Source: an uncultured Candidatus Saccharibacteria bacterium
Lineage (GTDB): Bacteria; Patescibacteriota; Minisyncoccia; Phycocordibacterales; CAIZLB01
NCBI GenBank assembly: GCA_964520195.1
Contig: CAZFNX010000002.1
Location: forward strand, 2,884-66,883
Direction of reading: 5' to 3'
Length of the DNA: 64,000 nucleotides
Shown here: piece by piece, positions 1 to 9,548 of the stretch
How the letters are laid out: each line of letters starts with the position of its first letter
Numbering within the stretch: position 1 is the first letter of the stretch
Translations under genes and position numbers: made by a program
The notes under the pieces: generated by a model
The model's input: the letters and a program-made list of their open reading frames with translations, nothing else
The model's database searches: none
What the model was told of the DNA's origin: nothing

Positions 1-344
1 TTTACCATATCAAACGTCTTACCGCTCAACATAGATATCTCATCTATGACTAACACTTTTGCTTTTGTTAACCTCTTCACAATATATTCTTTTTCATGAA
101 GAGCCTCTATATCGTACATACTCAACTCTTCCTTGATACCAATACCACTCCATGAGTGTATAGTCATACCTCCTATATGTGTTGCTGCAATACCTGTACT
201 TGCTGTAACTGATGCATGTACTCCATGTTTTGCTAGATATTCTATATACTGCTTTATAGTGTAGCTCTTACCTGATCCGGGTTCTCCAGTGAGAAACACA
301 GATGCACCTGTTTTAAGAATATCTAAAGCTGTCTTTTGGAGCAT
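1..344 (-). CDS. PIF1/RecD-like ATP-dependent DNA helicase, N-terminal part (gene continues beyond window start)
   Basis: Reverse translation from the ATG at 344 gives MLQKTALDILKTGASVFLTGEPGSGKSYTIKQYIEYL...TGIAATHIGGMTIHS...VLVIDEISM. These are the Walker A, motif Ia and motif II of the Pif1/RecD helicase family. The ORF runs off the window edge. Confidence 0.6.
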   Translation of the reverse strand, partial: MLQKTALDILKTGASVFLTGEPGSGKSYTIKQYIEYLAKHGVHASVTASTGIAATHIGGMTIHSWSGIGIKEELSMYDIEALHEKEYIVKRLTKAKVLVIDEISMLSGKTFDMV

Positions 345-405
345 TGTGAGTGAAGTATAGCATATAGATATACATCTAAAACAACCTTTATAGATAAAGT
401 ATTAT

Positions 406-1554
406 TTACGCACCTTGATTTAAATCAACACCGAAACTAAACTCTGCTGTATTTACAAATGTATCCCAATCCTGTGCAAATGCTTGAGGTATAAGTTCCT
501 CACTCTTGCTTGTAAGACCATCAACTTTCTTAACTGCAGTTCCTATAGCAAGAAACTCTATAAGACCACTACCAAGTTGATATATGTATGTCTTTACACC
601 GACAACCTCATCTGCACCTATTGCATCAGCTTCCTTGTTAAGTGTAGCCAGAGCATTTTCTCGTGCATCATAAATAAGTTTTGAAAGCTCAGGAATCTCT
701 CCTTTTGTAAATGATTTGAAAAATGAAGTCACTCCACCAATAAATCCAAGTGAATATACAGATGTTCCAATCAAAAGTTTAAGCGGCGCGTAACCCATCT
801 TGTTTAGGTTCCACATCTCTTGAGGAGTAAGATCACTTGTTACTACACCATCAGATGGAAGTGCTGGGTTGTGTGATGCAGTACCGATCATAAGCATCTC
901 TTGCACCCCAATACCAGCAAATGGAAGAATAGTTGTTTCAATGCCAACAACAGAATTTGCATTATGTTTTTTAGCGTGAGCAACTATACGCTCAAGTGCA
1001 AGGTGTCGTGTCTTATTAAAAATATCTGAAAATTCTTTTACTTCTCCACGAACAAGTGTTTTTAACGCACCAAGAATACCTCCGGCAATACCGATAGAAT
1101 ATGCAACATTTCCAAATACAAATCGGAGTGGCTTATATCCAGCATCTACTTGCACATACAAGTCTTGCCCATCAGCTGAAGTACTGAAAGCAAAATCTTC
1201 TCGTGGAGTTTGTGATGCGTCAGTTTTTGTATGAAGTCCTGAACCAACTGAAAGAAACTCTATATTACCACCATGGAAAACAAGCTCACTTGTTACCCCA
1301 GTTACGCCTACAGTTCCCTTATCTTTTGCCTCTTGTTCTAAACGTTCTATAGCAGCAACTCTACCTTCTTCTATAAGATCAGTGATCTGTGTTACCTCAC
1401 CTCCAACAAGAGCTCGAAATCCTGAGCCAATACTTCGACCAAATCCAAGAGCGTGAACACTGTTTCCGACAACAATATCCCCTGCTTTATATCCTACTTT
1501 ATTGAGACAATACATTTCATTGCCTGATAGACCTGTTGTTTTCATATTTTTCAT
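406..1554 (-). CDS. Protein with three tandem YbjQ/DUF74 (heavy-metal-binding-like) domains
   Basis: Three ~105-aa repeats with the YbjQ_1 pattern (G..V.G..V.GA...R....G...GGE.......EAR..A...). Start moved to the internal ATG at 1554 (MKNMKTTG), which is preceded by an AAGGAG SD. The track ORF extends upstream without a start signal. Confidence 0.55.
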   Translation of the reverse strand: MKNMKTTGLSGNEMYCLNKVGYKAGDIVVGNSVHALGFGRSIGSGFRALVGGEVTQITDLIEEGRVAAIERLEQEAKDKGTVGVTGVTSELVFHGGNIEFLSVGSGLHTKTDASQTPREDFAFSTSADGQDLYVQVDAGYKPLRFVFGNVAYSIGIAGGILGALKTLVRGEVKEFSDIFNKTRHLALERIVAHAKKHNANSVVGIETTILPFAGIGVQEMLMIGTASHNPALPSDGVVTSDLTPQEMWNLNKMGYAPLKLLIGTSVYSLGFIGGVTSFFKSFTKGEIPELSKLIYDARENALATLNKEADAIGADEVVGVKTYIYQLGSGLIEFLAIGTAVKKVDGLTSKSEELIPQAFAQDWDTFVNTAEFSFGVDLNQGA

Positions 1555-1635
1555 TGTACTCCTTTTGGGAGGGGGTGCAAGGTTTGACTTTTGATAATAA
1601 AGAGGTATTCTTGTCAAAAGAAGGAGGTTAATGAT

Positions 1636-2064
1636 ATGGAAATATGCCAAATTGCTGATGTTCAGGTTACAAACAACAGAGTGGTGATGAAACCGATTTT
1701 TTGTCAAACAATACTGACATGCCTCATACCAGAAAAACACATTCAATGGACCAAAGAAGAAGGTCGCGGAAAAGTAATCATCACAAGGTGGCTTAATGAA
1801 CACCAAGTGCTATGTTATTTCATACGAGTCTCTTTGAGACAACCAGCTACAACAAACTGGCACGATGTTGCTGAGACAGTAGCAAGAGAACCGAAAGAGA
1901 TTCTTCACTGGCTCGAGGGTATATTAGAACAATGCAGAATAGTTATGAGGTTGGAAAGTCCTGGACTCATTGCTAACACATTGAATGATTTGTCTGCTCA
2001 GCTACGACAAATCTTACCGACATTGAACGCTGAATACTTGAAAGTATCGAAAGCGAGACAGTAA
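1636..2064 (+). CDS. Hypothetical protein (GC-enriched ORF next to tRNA-Arg)
   Basis: The ATG at 1636 is preceded by a strong AAGGAGG SD 7 nt upstream. Local GC is clearly higher than in the surrounding genes. No recognisable domain. Confidence 0.4.
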   Translation: MEICQIADVQVTNNRVVMKPIFCQTILTCLIPEKHIQWTKEEGRGKVIITRWLNEHQVLCYFIRVSLRQPATTNWHDVAETVAREPKEILHWLEGILEQCRIVMRLESPGLIANTLNDLSAQLRQILPTLNAEYLKVSKARQ

Positions 2065-2232
2065 CGGAAATCAGTAACACCGGAAAGATGTTACTGATTA
2101 TTTTTTATTGTCACCAGTCTCGACCCTTACAAGAAAAACAAAACTTTTCGATTTCTAGCCACAGACCAACCTGTTGGTCTGCTCGAGAGTATATAGAAAA
2201 ATACACCCCTTTCGGGGTGTGTTTTCAGTTAG

Positions 2233-2305
2233 TGCTCTCGCTAGGAATCGAACCTAGATTAACGGCTTAGAAGTCCGCAGTTCTATCCATTGAACTACAA
2301 GAGCG
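2233..2305 (-). tRNA. tRNA-Arg (anticodon TCT)
   Basis: The reverse complement folds as a cloverleaf. Acceptor GCTCTTG/CGAGAGC, D-stem GTTC/GAAC, T-arm CTAGG-TTCGATT-CCTAG, anticodon loop CTTCTAA. No encoded CCA. Confidence 0.7.
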
Positions 2306-2329
2306 CGCTGTTCGTGTAAGATGTTTATA

Positions 2330-2701
2330 TCATTGTTTTGACGAAGTTGCAATTGTACTTGAACCTGTAGTAGTCCCTACAGAAACAGGAGAAGATTTAC
2401 TTAAACTATTGATCACAGATGTATATACAGCATCTCGTTTTTCATATATTTGAAATAGATTTGACATCTGAGTAACAGATGTATATGCCTGGAGTTTGGC
2501 AATATCAGATCCGTCGTTTGTAGTGGTAGCAATAGAGATAATAACAGCTTTTGATATCTGTTCGCGAGCATACGTATAGACATATGTGTCATACCCAATA
2601 GCACTCAAAGCAAGTATAACACTTGTCATAATAATAATTTTCCAGTGCAACTCTGGCTTAAATCCAAAAAATTTTTTTTGTAGTTGAGTGTGAGATTTCA
2701 T
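2330..2701 (-). CDS. Small membrane-anchored Ser/Thr-rich protein, last gene of the pilMNO-like module (PilP-like position)
   Basis: N-terminal TM helix followed by an S/T-rich tail. Same position and architecture as the 154-aa ORF at 44569..45033 in the main pilus locus. Overlaps the upstream gene by 4 nt. Confidence 0.4.
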   Translation of the reverse strand: MKSHTQLQKKFFGFKPELHWKIIIMTSVILALSAIGYDTYVYTYAREQISKAVIISIATTTNDGSDIAKLQAYTSVTQMSNLFQIYEKRDAVYTSVINSLSKSSPVSVGTTTGSSTIATSSKQ

Positions 2702-3237
2702 AAGATTTCTGTAATTACTAATGTAATATGAGCCTTAGTTTTTGTTTTATCCATAAACTGCAGTGACACATCTTCAATATGAGACACGTAAGGCAGATTT
2801 AATAATCCATATATATATGAATCAACAGCATCACTTGTACCTGAAGCTACAACCTCAACCACAACTTCCCCTGCTCCAAGTGAAGATAATGTCTCATTAT
2901 CTCGTTTTCTTACAGAAGCAATACCTGAATCATCTCCATTAAACATACCTGCTTGTTTTCCATCTTTTTCTAGATCTGTGATTGCTTTAAATACAGCATC
3001 ACCACTTAAAATATATGAATCTATTTGAGATTGTTCCTTTGAACCTTTTAAAAGAATTTTTTTATACAAAATAGCTTTACCTTGAGCATCTTCTAATGCT
3101 TGTAGTTTTGTATTTATTTCTACTACACGTGCAGAATAATTTGAAACATATGTATGTAGCCTATACATACCATACACACCTGCACTTAAAATACAGATTG
3201 CAACGCATATGAATATTGTATATTTTTTATTATTCAT
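2698..3237 (-). CDS. pilO: PilO-like type IV pilus assembly protein (second copy)
   Basis: N-terminal TM helix followed by a coiled-coil region. Lies downstream of PilM- and PilN-like genes in the same operon arrangement as 45037..47563. Confidence 0.45.
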   Translation of the reverse strand: MNNKKYTIFICVAICILSAGVYGMYRLHTYVSNYSARVVEINTKLQALEDAQGKAILYKKILLKGSKEQSQIDSYILSGDAVFKAITDLEKDGKQAGMFNGDDSGIASVRKRDNETLSSLGAGEVVVEVVASGTSDAVDSYIYGLLNLPYVSHIEDVSLQFMDKTKTKAHITLVITEIL

Positions 3238-3757
3238 AAGTTAAATTTTGAGCAAAAGTAAATGTTGCTCGTTCGCTTAAAACAGAGTATGGAAGATTTG
3301 CTCCTTTGTACGAAGTTTTTTGTAATGCATCAACTAAATCTTTAGCAACCTTTTTATCTCTCACCTCTGTAACAATATCGACTTTTTTTGCTATAGAATC
3401 AACATGAATACTTATCAACCTAACTCCTCCAACACTTTCAACTACACGTTCTACATCTTGATATGTTTTACGTACATCTGTTGTATTTACGTTTTGTAAG
3501 ATATTTATCTTATTTGTAATCTTAGCAACTTCTGCTTCAGAACCAGCAAGCGTACTTGCTTGTAACCCAGATTCAAGAGAAGCAATACTACTTTCAGATA
3601 CTTTTCCTTCTGTACGAAGCAGTAAAATAGTTGGTACAGCAGACGCTCCAGCAATCAAACACACAAGCACAAACATCCATGATACAGTCTGCCACACAGA
3701 TGTATAGTATCTATCTATGATTCTTTTGCGTTGTTCATCTTGAATAAGGTAAAGCAT
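3230..3757 (-). CDS. pilN: PilN-like type IV pilus assembly protein (second copy)
   Basis: Short cytoplasmic N-terminus, a single TM helix, then a periplasmic/extracellular domain. Gene order PilM-PilN-PilO. Confidence 0.45.
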   Translation of the reverse strand: MLYLIQDEQRKRIIDRYYTSVWQTVSWMFVLVCLIAGASAVPTILLLRTEGKVSESSIASLESGLQASTLAGSEAEVAKITNKINILQNVNTTDVRKTYQDVERVVESVGGVRLISIHVDSIAKKVDIVTEVRDKKVAKDLVDALQKTSYKGANLPYSVLSERATFTFAQNLTYE

Positions 3758-3772
3758 GTGATGTGTATCTTA

Positions 3773-4771
3773 TTATATCTTAGGTAGTGCCAAACCGATA
3801 GCTGTTGCGTATTCATAAGAATCTTTTTTATGAATATCAGGAACAACGTGTTTTGAAAAATTTACATTTGCCCAAACATCAGCTATACGTACATCGAGAG
3901 ACAATTCTCGATGTAACATGTGTGCAAAATCTGATTCCAATATCTCTCTATGAGTTGAACTTAGTAATATTGCTTTCAGTGGTTGAAAATTGTATCCAGG
4001 ATTTTTCTCAATATATGAAAGCCAGAAAATAACCACTTTATAAATATCTTTGATGAGATCTTGAAAAACTTCTGGATTTTCCAATGTTAAATCCTCTTTG
4101 AAAATAGATTGCCTAATCGTAGATGTGTACAATACAATACCAGAACTCACAATTGATACTACAATATTTCTTTTCTCCACAGCTACAATACAATATGGAT
4201 CAAAATCATCTTTAGAGATGAGAGTTTTGGCGAGTGCTTGATTTTGTACCAAAAAAGATACAACTTCGAGTGAGGCTTTTCTGAAAATATCTATATATTC
4301 TTGAATAACTTTTTTAGCAACAACAGCAACAGACACTAAACTTTTATTAACGTCTTTTAAATATGTAACAGGTGTCACATCAAATACAGCCTCATCAACT
4401 TTTAATGGAACATTTTCTTCAATACGAAACTCTACTTGAGCACGGATAGATTCCTCATCTTGTCCATCAACTTCCATAGTGTATATGTACACAAGATCCT
4501 CAGGTAACGAAACTTCAACATATCGATATTTAAATTCTTTTTGAATCTTTTTCAAGACCATTAACAACCCATCTTGTTCAGCAAGTATACTTTCTTTTTT
4601 AAGTTCTGGTATATCGTATTTACCAAAATACTTGATACGCATAGTATCCCCTACTTTATCAAAGAAAACATGCCGCACGTGAATCGTACCTATATCTATA
4701 CCAGCATGATGAAAAGCCATAGATGTTGGTATCGGTATATATCTTATTAGTTTTGAAACAAAAGAACTCAT
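3773..4771 (-). CDS. pilM: PilM-like actin-fold pilus assembly ATPase (second copy)
   Basis: Contains HHAGIDIGTIHVRH, the actin/FtsA-like N-terminal phosphate-1 motif, as in PilM at 46442..47563 (IGIDIGSSSLKIV). The track ORF begins at a TTG at 4783; the first ATG is at 4771. Confidence 0.6.
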   Translation of the reverse strand: MSSFVSKLIRYIPIPTSMAFHHAGIDIGTIHVRHVFFDKVGDTMRIKYFGKYDIPELKKESILAEQDGLLMVLKKIQKEFKYRYVEVSLPEDLVYIYTMEVDGQDEESIRAQVEFRIEENVPLKVDEAVFDVTPVTYLKDVNKSLVSVAVVAKKVIQEYIDIFRKASLEVVSFLVQNQALAKTLISKDDFDPYCIVAVEKRNIVVSIVSSGIVLYTSTIRQSIFKEDLTLENPEVFQDLIKDIYKVVIFWLSYIEKNPGYNFQPLKAILLSSTHREILESDFAHMLHRELSLDVRIADVWANVNFSKHVVPDIHKKDSYEYATAIGLALPKI

Positions 4772-4786
4772 GTGTATATACAATGA

Positions 4787-5110
4787 TTATGATAATAATG
4801 TACCATTTTTAATAAGTCTATCCATAGTTGTAAGTCCTAATGTTGTATCATCTTTTCCTGCAAGGATCATAGCCTGACTTTCAATACCCATAATCGCTCG
4901 AGGTTCAAGGTTTGTGACAAAAACTTTTTGTGTACCAACAAACTGATCAATATCAACATAGGCTTTGATACCCGACACAACCGTTCGAGGCTTTTCTTCT
5001 CCAAAATCTACAGTGAGATGAAGTAACTTATCTGATCCTTCAACCGGTACTGCTGTTATAATCTGTCCTACTCGAAGTTCTATTTTTTTGAAATCATCAA
5101 ATGTAATCAT
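4787..5110 (-). CDS. tRNA-binding protein (CsaA / EMAP-II-like OB-fold domain)
   Basis: MITFDDFKKIELRVGQIITAVPVEGSDKLLHLTVDFG... is the typical Myf/CsaA tRNA-binding domain, as found at the C-terminus of MetRS. Confidence 0.75.
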   Translation of the reverse strand: MITFDDFKKIELRVGQIITAVPVEGSDKLLHLTVDFGEEKPRTVVSGIKAYVDIDQFVGTQKVFVTNLEPRAIMGIESQAMILAGKDDTTLGLTTMDRLIKNGTLLS

Positions 5111-5122
5111 GCCTACAGTATA

Positions 5123-5581
5123 CTATACTCTGGCCTGCTTATCGAGAAACCCTTGAAGGATGTAAGCTGCCACTTGTGCATCGTCATCTTTTGTATGTTC
5201 TCGCACTTTCTTTGCATTTGCTGCTTTATGTTTTTCACCTGTCTGTTTTTGAAATGTATGACGCAACATAGCCTGTGCTCCAGAGGTAGACATACGCTCA
5301 TCAAAGCGATGAATAATGAGTGGCAATCCTCGAATAGATAAATGAGTAACAAACTCTTCTATATCTTTTTCAATAGGATTATCCTTACCTTTAAAATCAA
5401 TAGAGTGACCAATCACAATATCATTAATCTGCTCTTTATCGCATATATCGAGAATGGTATTAATATGAGTATTTTTTGAATCAGGAGTTACAATACACTG
5501 AGGAAATGCAATAGTTCCATCATCGTTGCTTTTAGCTATGCCTATCTTTTTTTTGCCGTAATCGACCCCTAGATATTTCAT
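5123..5581 (-). CDS. ruvX: Holliday junction resolvase-like protein RuvX/YqgF
   Basis: MKYLGVDYGKKKIGIAKSNDDGTIAFP is the YqgF/RuvX N-terminal motif; length 152 aa. Confidence 0.85.
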   Translation of the reverse strand: MKYLGVDYGKKKIGIAKSNDDGTIAFPQCIVTPDSKNTHINTILDICDKEQINDIVIGHSIDFKGKDNPIEKDIEEFVTHLSIRGLPLIIHRFDERMSTSGAQAMLRHTFQKQTGEKHKAANAKKVREHTKDDDAQVAAYILQGFLDKQARV

Positions 5582-5636
5582 ATGTATTATGATAATATCA
5601 TATCACGTTAGTCGACGCATAGTCTCATAACTTCAT

Positions 5637-5725
5637 GGAGGAGTGGCAGAGAGGTCGATTGCACCTGTCTTGAAAACAGGAGGGCTGTCATGGTCCCGTG
5701 AGTTCGAATCTCACCTCCTCCGCCA
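5637..5725 (+). tRNA. tRNA-Ser (anticodon TGA), class II with long variable arm, encoded CCA
   Basis: GGAGGAG acceptor pairs with CTCCTCC. Anticodon stem-loop CCTGT-CTTGAAA-ACAGG. Long variable arm. T-arm GTTCGAATC. Ends GCCA. Confidence 0.85.
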
Positions 5726-5796
5726 ACACATTTTATTATCGGCGTCACCTCACTTGCCTGAGCAAGTGATGCGACCCAAATACATAGATTTGTAAC

Positions 5797-5829
5797 AAAA
5801 AGTACACGATCACTCGTGTACTTTTTGTT
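5797..5829. terminator. Bidirectional rho-independent terminator
   Basis: GTACACGA-tcac-TCGTGTAC hairpin with an A-run on one side and a T-run on the other. Sits between tRNA-Ser (+) and the convergent cupredoxin gene (-). Confidence 0.6.
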
Positions 5830-5837
5830 ACAACAAT

Positions 5838-6224
5838 TTAATTAAACTGAACCTCAAACGGATACATGCCCATCCCGCAAGTCCCTTGGAGCGTAGCCAC
5901 CTCCTGACTTCCCACATCAATGTCTGTCGTGCCAGTCTGCGGAAGAGATTTTGAAATATTCATACTTGGAATACGAACTGAAGACGAACAATCAAAAGTA
6001 CCGTTTGTATCAAAACGAATGATTGTCGGCATTCCTGCTTTGGCCACACTCTTTCTTGGGTGGTATCCGCCTTTGGCTGATATTTCAACAATTTGCTTTC
6101 CGTCAACAACAGTGACGTTATCTGCACTCGCAACCGATGTTGTATCAGATTTTCGTGTAAGAGCGAAAGCTCCTCCGACGAGAATTATTGCGATTAATAT
6201 TGAAATAGTGGTTGTTTTTTTCAT
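5838..6224 (-). CDS. Secreted cupredoxin-like (Cupredoxin_1-type) putative copper-binding protein
   Basis: Signal peptide/TM (MKKTTTISILIAIILVGGAFA), then a ~100-aa beta-rich domain with His, Cys and Met ligand candidates (HPRK...CGMGM). Last gene of the csoR-copA operon. Confidence 0.5.
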   Translation of the reverse strand: MKKTTTISILIAIILVGGAFALTRKSDTTSVASADNVTVVDGKQIVEISAKGGYHPRKSVAKAGMPTIIRFDTNGTFDCSSSVRIPSMNISKSLPQTGTTDIDVGSQEVATLQGTCGMGMYPFEVQFN

Positions 6225-6242
6225 AAATATTATTTGATTATA

Positions 6243-7262
6243 CTAAAAGTTAAAGACTGGCGGAATGACCCCAATGACCACCAGTGCGTTGATAAAATTG
6301 AATAATGCGAACAGGATCACAATCAATCCTGCTGACTTGAAGAATGCTCCCGACTTCTTGCTGTTCTGAATGCTGAACGAGCTAAAACTGATAAGTGCCA
6401 AGACTGGAAGTGTCCCAAGTGCGAATGAGAGCATCGTCAACCCACCTCTCAGGAAGCTTCCCGTAGTGAGTGCGTACAACTGCATCGACTGGGTAAAACC
6501 GCACGGTAGGAAGAATGTAGCTATACCAACAAGAAGTGGAGTAAGAGTATGGTTGAGATTTGAGATGCCGTGAGCGCGCTTTGATATGAACTTCGGCATA
6601 GATAACTGAAGCCTCTTTGCCCATGGAAACACATCAAGCAGATTGATGCCGAGAATTATCATCACAATTGCTATGATAAGACTAAGTACGAACGTGCCAG
6701 TGGTGCCAAGAGTAAAAGCAGAACCGATTGCACCTATTACTCCTCCAAGAATAAAGAATGAAACGATACGACCTCCATGGAACATAAGTTGAGGTCTAAT
6801 CTTGTCTCCCTCCTTAGCAAAGGTTGCCGACATCGAGAGTACCAACCCTCCTATTACTGCCATACAAGTTGAAAGCGAGGCGATGATACCAATAACAAAT
6901 GCCGTACCGTAAGTAACATTACCTCCACCGACAAGATTTACGATGCCGAGCTTTTGCAAGAGTCCGAACAGAACTGCGAAACCGACAGCGATCGGGACAG
7001 CGATTTTGAAATCAGACCAATTTCTTTCTACCACCTCTTTTTCAGCCGACACCGTATAGCCGTTGCTTTTGACGATAGCAGTAAGTTCCTCTGCAACCTG
7101 TTCATCCGTTTTGTCGCCAAAATCACCAACAATTTCTACTGAATGGTTTTTGAGATTTGATGTTGCCTTGCTTACATTAGGCAAGTTGCCAATCTTGTCT
7201 TCCGTGAGAATTACACAAGAATTGCAGTGCATACCGTGAACGTGGAATGTGTATGTTTTCAT
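6243..7262 (-). CDS. Membrane protein with N-terminal HMA (GMHCNSC) metal-binding domain and DsbD_2/TauE-like multi-TM domain
   Basis: N-terminal MKTYTFHVHGMHCNSC heavy-metal-associated fold, followed by ~8 TM helices with conserved Cys (STCMAV, LPCGF). Lies between copA and the cupredoxin-like gene. Confidence 0.6.
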   Translation of the reverse strand: MKTYTFHVHGMHCNSCVILTEDKIGNLPNVSKATSNLKNHSVEIVGDFGDKTDEQVAEELTAIVKSNGYTVSAEKEVVERNWSDFKIAVPIAVGFAVLFGLLQKLGIVNLVGGGNVTYGTAFVIGIIASLSTCMAVIGGLVLSMSATFAKEGDKIRPQLMFHGGRIVSFFILGGVIGAIGSAFTLGTTGTFVLSLIIAIVMIILGINLLDVFPWAKRLQLSMPKFISKRAHGISNLNHTLTPLLVGIATFFLPCGFTQSMQLYALTTGSFLRGGLTMLSFALGTLPVLALISFSSFSIQNSKKSGAFFKSAGLIVILFALFNFINALVVIGVIPPVFNF

Positions 7263-7264
7263 AA

Positions 7265-9547
7265 TTACAATTTCATATTCTTAATTCGTAATGAGTTTGA
7301 TACCACAGTTATACTCTCAAATGCCATGATCGCTCCCGCAAGAGCTGGTGAGAGCAACCATCCGAAGAATGGAAAGAGTATGCCTGCGGCAATTGGAATG
7401 CCCACTGAGTTGTATCCAAATGACCAGACGAGATTTTGCCAAATTGTCTTATTGGTTCGCTTTGCAAGATGCACCGCTTCCGCAACCTTTCCTATGTCTC
7501 CGTTAAGGAGAATTATATCCGAGCTCTCTATTGCAATATCTGAGCCATCGCTCATAGATATCGCAACATCTGCCTGAGCAAGTGCAGGAGAGTCGTTTAC
7601 ACCATCACCGATCATCGCAACCTTGAAGCCTTTTTTCTGAAGATCTTTTATGAGATTGAGTTTGTCTTCGGGTTTTACTTGCGCAAATACTTCGTCGATA
7701 CCCAAGTCTTTTGCGACGGACTCGCCAGTCTTTTTATTATCTCCAGTTGCCATGATCACCTTGAGTCCGAGCCTTTTAAGCTTTGTGATTTCAGCTTTTG
7801 CATCAGCCTTTATGGTGTCGTGAATTTTAATCAGAGAAAGCACTTCTTTTTTAGTGAAGAGGTAGAGTTCTCGTCCACTCTCAAATCTATTCTCATGGAA
7901 TGAACCACGAATATCTTTCTCTGTTCGTCTGGTAATTTCCATTACATAGTCGAGTGATCCAAGATAATACTCAGTATTTTCGTAGATACCCGATACTCCT
8001 TTGCCCGGGGTCTCTTTCATGGCCGTGATCTGTACCTCTTTAGTGTTCTGCTCCAGAAGCCATGTCGCCACGCTGTGAGAGATCGGATGTCTTGATGATT
8101 TTGTAAGTGCGTAAGCAATAGATCGTTTGAAACCACTGTCTTCTTCATTGCATACGTGATTCACGTCTTGGCAGAATATTCCTTCGATTGAGAGCCTGTT
8201 TTCAGTCAACGTTCCCGTCTTGTCAAAGACGATGGCGTTTACCTTCGCAAGCTTCTCTAAACTCTCTGCATTTTTGATGAGTATTCCACGTCGAGCACCT
8301 GTGCCAACCCCTGTGATAATTGCCGTTGGTGTGGCAAGGCCGAGAGAGCATGGGCACGCCACTACGAGCACTGCCATGGTGGTTGAGAGCGCCAACGCAA
8401 AGGCTTGGGATAACCCAAGGGTTGCAGGAGCAAATACCATCCATGCGATGAATGTGAGTACAGCAATGACAAGAACAACATACACGAAATATCCAGAGAT
8501 CTTATCAGCTATTCTTTCAATAGGGGCTTTTGAGTTTTGAGCAGATTCTACAATCTTCATGATATGAGAAAGTGCCGTGTCACTTGGATCTTTCTTGATT
8601 CTGATTTTCAGTATTCCTTGAAAGTTTTGCGTTCCTGCAAATACAGCATCGTTCACCCTCTTATCAACGGGAACTGATTCACCCGTAAGATTAGACTCAT
8701 CAATAGAACTTGCACCGAAGATAATAATTCCATCTACTGGAATGCGTTCATTTGGTTTAACTACAACTATGTCACCTATGGTAACCTGATCAATTGGGAT
8801 TTCAATCTCTTTTCCATTACGCTCGACAATCGCAGATTTGCTTGTAAGTTCTGCGAGTTTTTGCAAAGCCTCGTTCGTTTTCTTTTTCGCCCGAGCTTCA
8901 AGTGACTGACCGAGAGCAATGAGCCCTATAACTACAATGACAACATCATAGAAGTTCGAAGTGACGTCAATATATGGAGAGAGAGGTTTTTCAAATGCGG
9001 TAACAGCGAACGAATATATAAAGGCAACAATGGTTGAAATACCAACAAGGGTATCCATGTTGGCGGTGCGAGTTTTTATAAAAATCCAAACGGCACGAAT
9101 GTATTTACGACCGATACCAAAAAGTATGAACGTGGCAAAGATGGGCATCAGGTGATGTACGACCTCGTATACGTTTTCTGAAATCTTGGGCACGATGTTG
9201 TTTTTACTGAGTACATCCCAGAGCATCATGATGAACGAGAAGATCACCATCGGGATGACAAATTTCATCTCCTTTGTGTTGTCTTCTTCCATCATCTTCA
9301 TGTGATCGTGAGATTCAGTTTTTTTAATGCCTTGTTCAGAATCCTCAAAAGAATATCCAAACGGGTGTAGGACTTTATTGATTGTTTCCATGGAAACAGG
9401 TGCATCTTTGAAAGTAAGAGTAGCCTTTTCTGAAGACATTCCAACTTCGCACGTTGCTACACCTTCTATTTTCTGCACTTTGTTTTGTATGAGAGAGACA
9501 CAGCTCGCACAATGCATCCCTTTTACTTTGTATGTATGTTTAATCAT
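7265..9547 (-). CDS. copA: Copper-translocating P1B-type ATPase
   Basis: N-terminal HMA domain (GMHCASC), the CPC transmembrane metal site, the DKTGTLT phosphorylation motif and the GDGVNDSPAL hinge. 760 aa. Confidence 0.9.
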   Translation of the reverse strand: MIKHTYKVKGMHCASCVSLIQNKVQKIEGVATCEVGMSSEKATLTFKDAPVSMETINKVLHPFGYSFEDSEQGIKKTESHDHMKMMEEDNTKEMKFVIPMVIFSFIMMLWDVLSKNNIVPKISENVYEVVHHLMPIFATFILFGIGRKYIRAVWIFIKTRTANMDTLVGISTIVAFIYSFAVTAFEKPLSPYIDVTSNFYDVVIVVIGLIALGQSLEARAKKKTNEALQKLAELTSKSAIVERNGKEIEIPIDQVTIGDIVVVKPNERIPVDGIIIFGASSIDESNLTGESVPVDKRVNDAVFAGTQNFQGILKIRIKKDPSDTALSHIMKIVESAQNSKAPIERIADKISGYFVYVVLVIAVLTFIAWMVFAPATLGLSQAFALALSTTMAVLVVACPCSLGLATPTAIITGVGTGARRGILIKNAESLEKLAKVNAIVFDKTGTLTENRLSIEGIFCQDVNHVCNEEDSGFKRSIAYALTKSSRHPISHSVATWLLEQNTKEVQITAMKETPGKGVSGIYENTEYYLGSLDYVMEITRRTEKDIRGSFHENRFESGRELYLFTKKEVLSLIKIHDTIKADAKAEITKLKRLGLKVIMATGDNKKTGESVAKDLGIDEVFAQVKPEDKLNLIKDLQKKGFKVAMIGDGVNDSPALAQADVAISMSDGSDIAIESSDIILLNGDIGKVAEAVHLAKRTNKTIWQNLVWSFGYNSVGIPIAAGILFPFFGWLLSPALAGAIMAFESITVVSNSLRIKNMKL

Positions 9548-9548
9548 C

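Noticed and set aside
2698-2700. UGA recoding (Gracilibacteria/SR1 code 25)
   Set aside because: Long conserved genes (dnaE, copA, ligA, clpB) are open in the standard code without internal TGA, and TGA/TAA terminate ORFs at sensible protein ends. Translation table 11 fits.
7227-9155. Numerous 60-120-aa ORFs on the opposite strand of copA, dnaE, the repeat protein and others (for example 8220..8540, 20991..21449, 22509..22973, 26261..26509)
   Set aside because: These are shadow ORFs inside well-supported long genes. They are typically low-complexity or Cys/Ser-rich and have no start signals.
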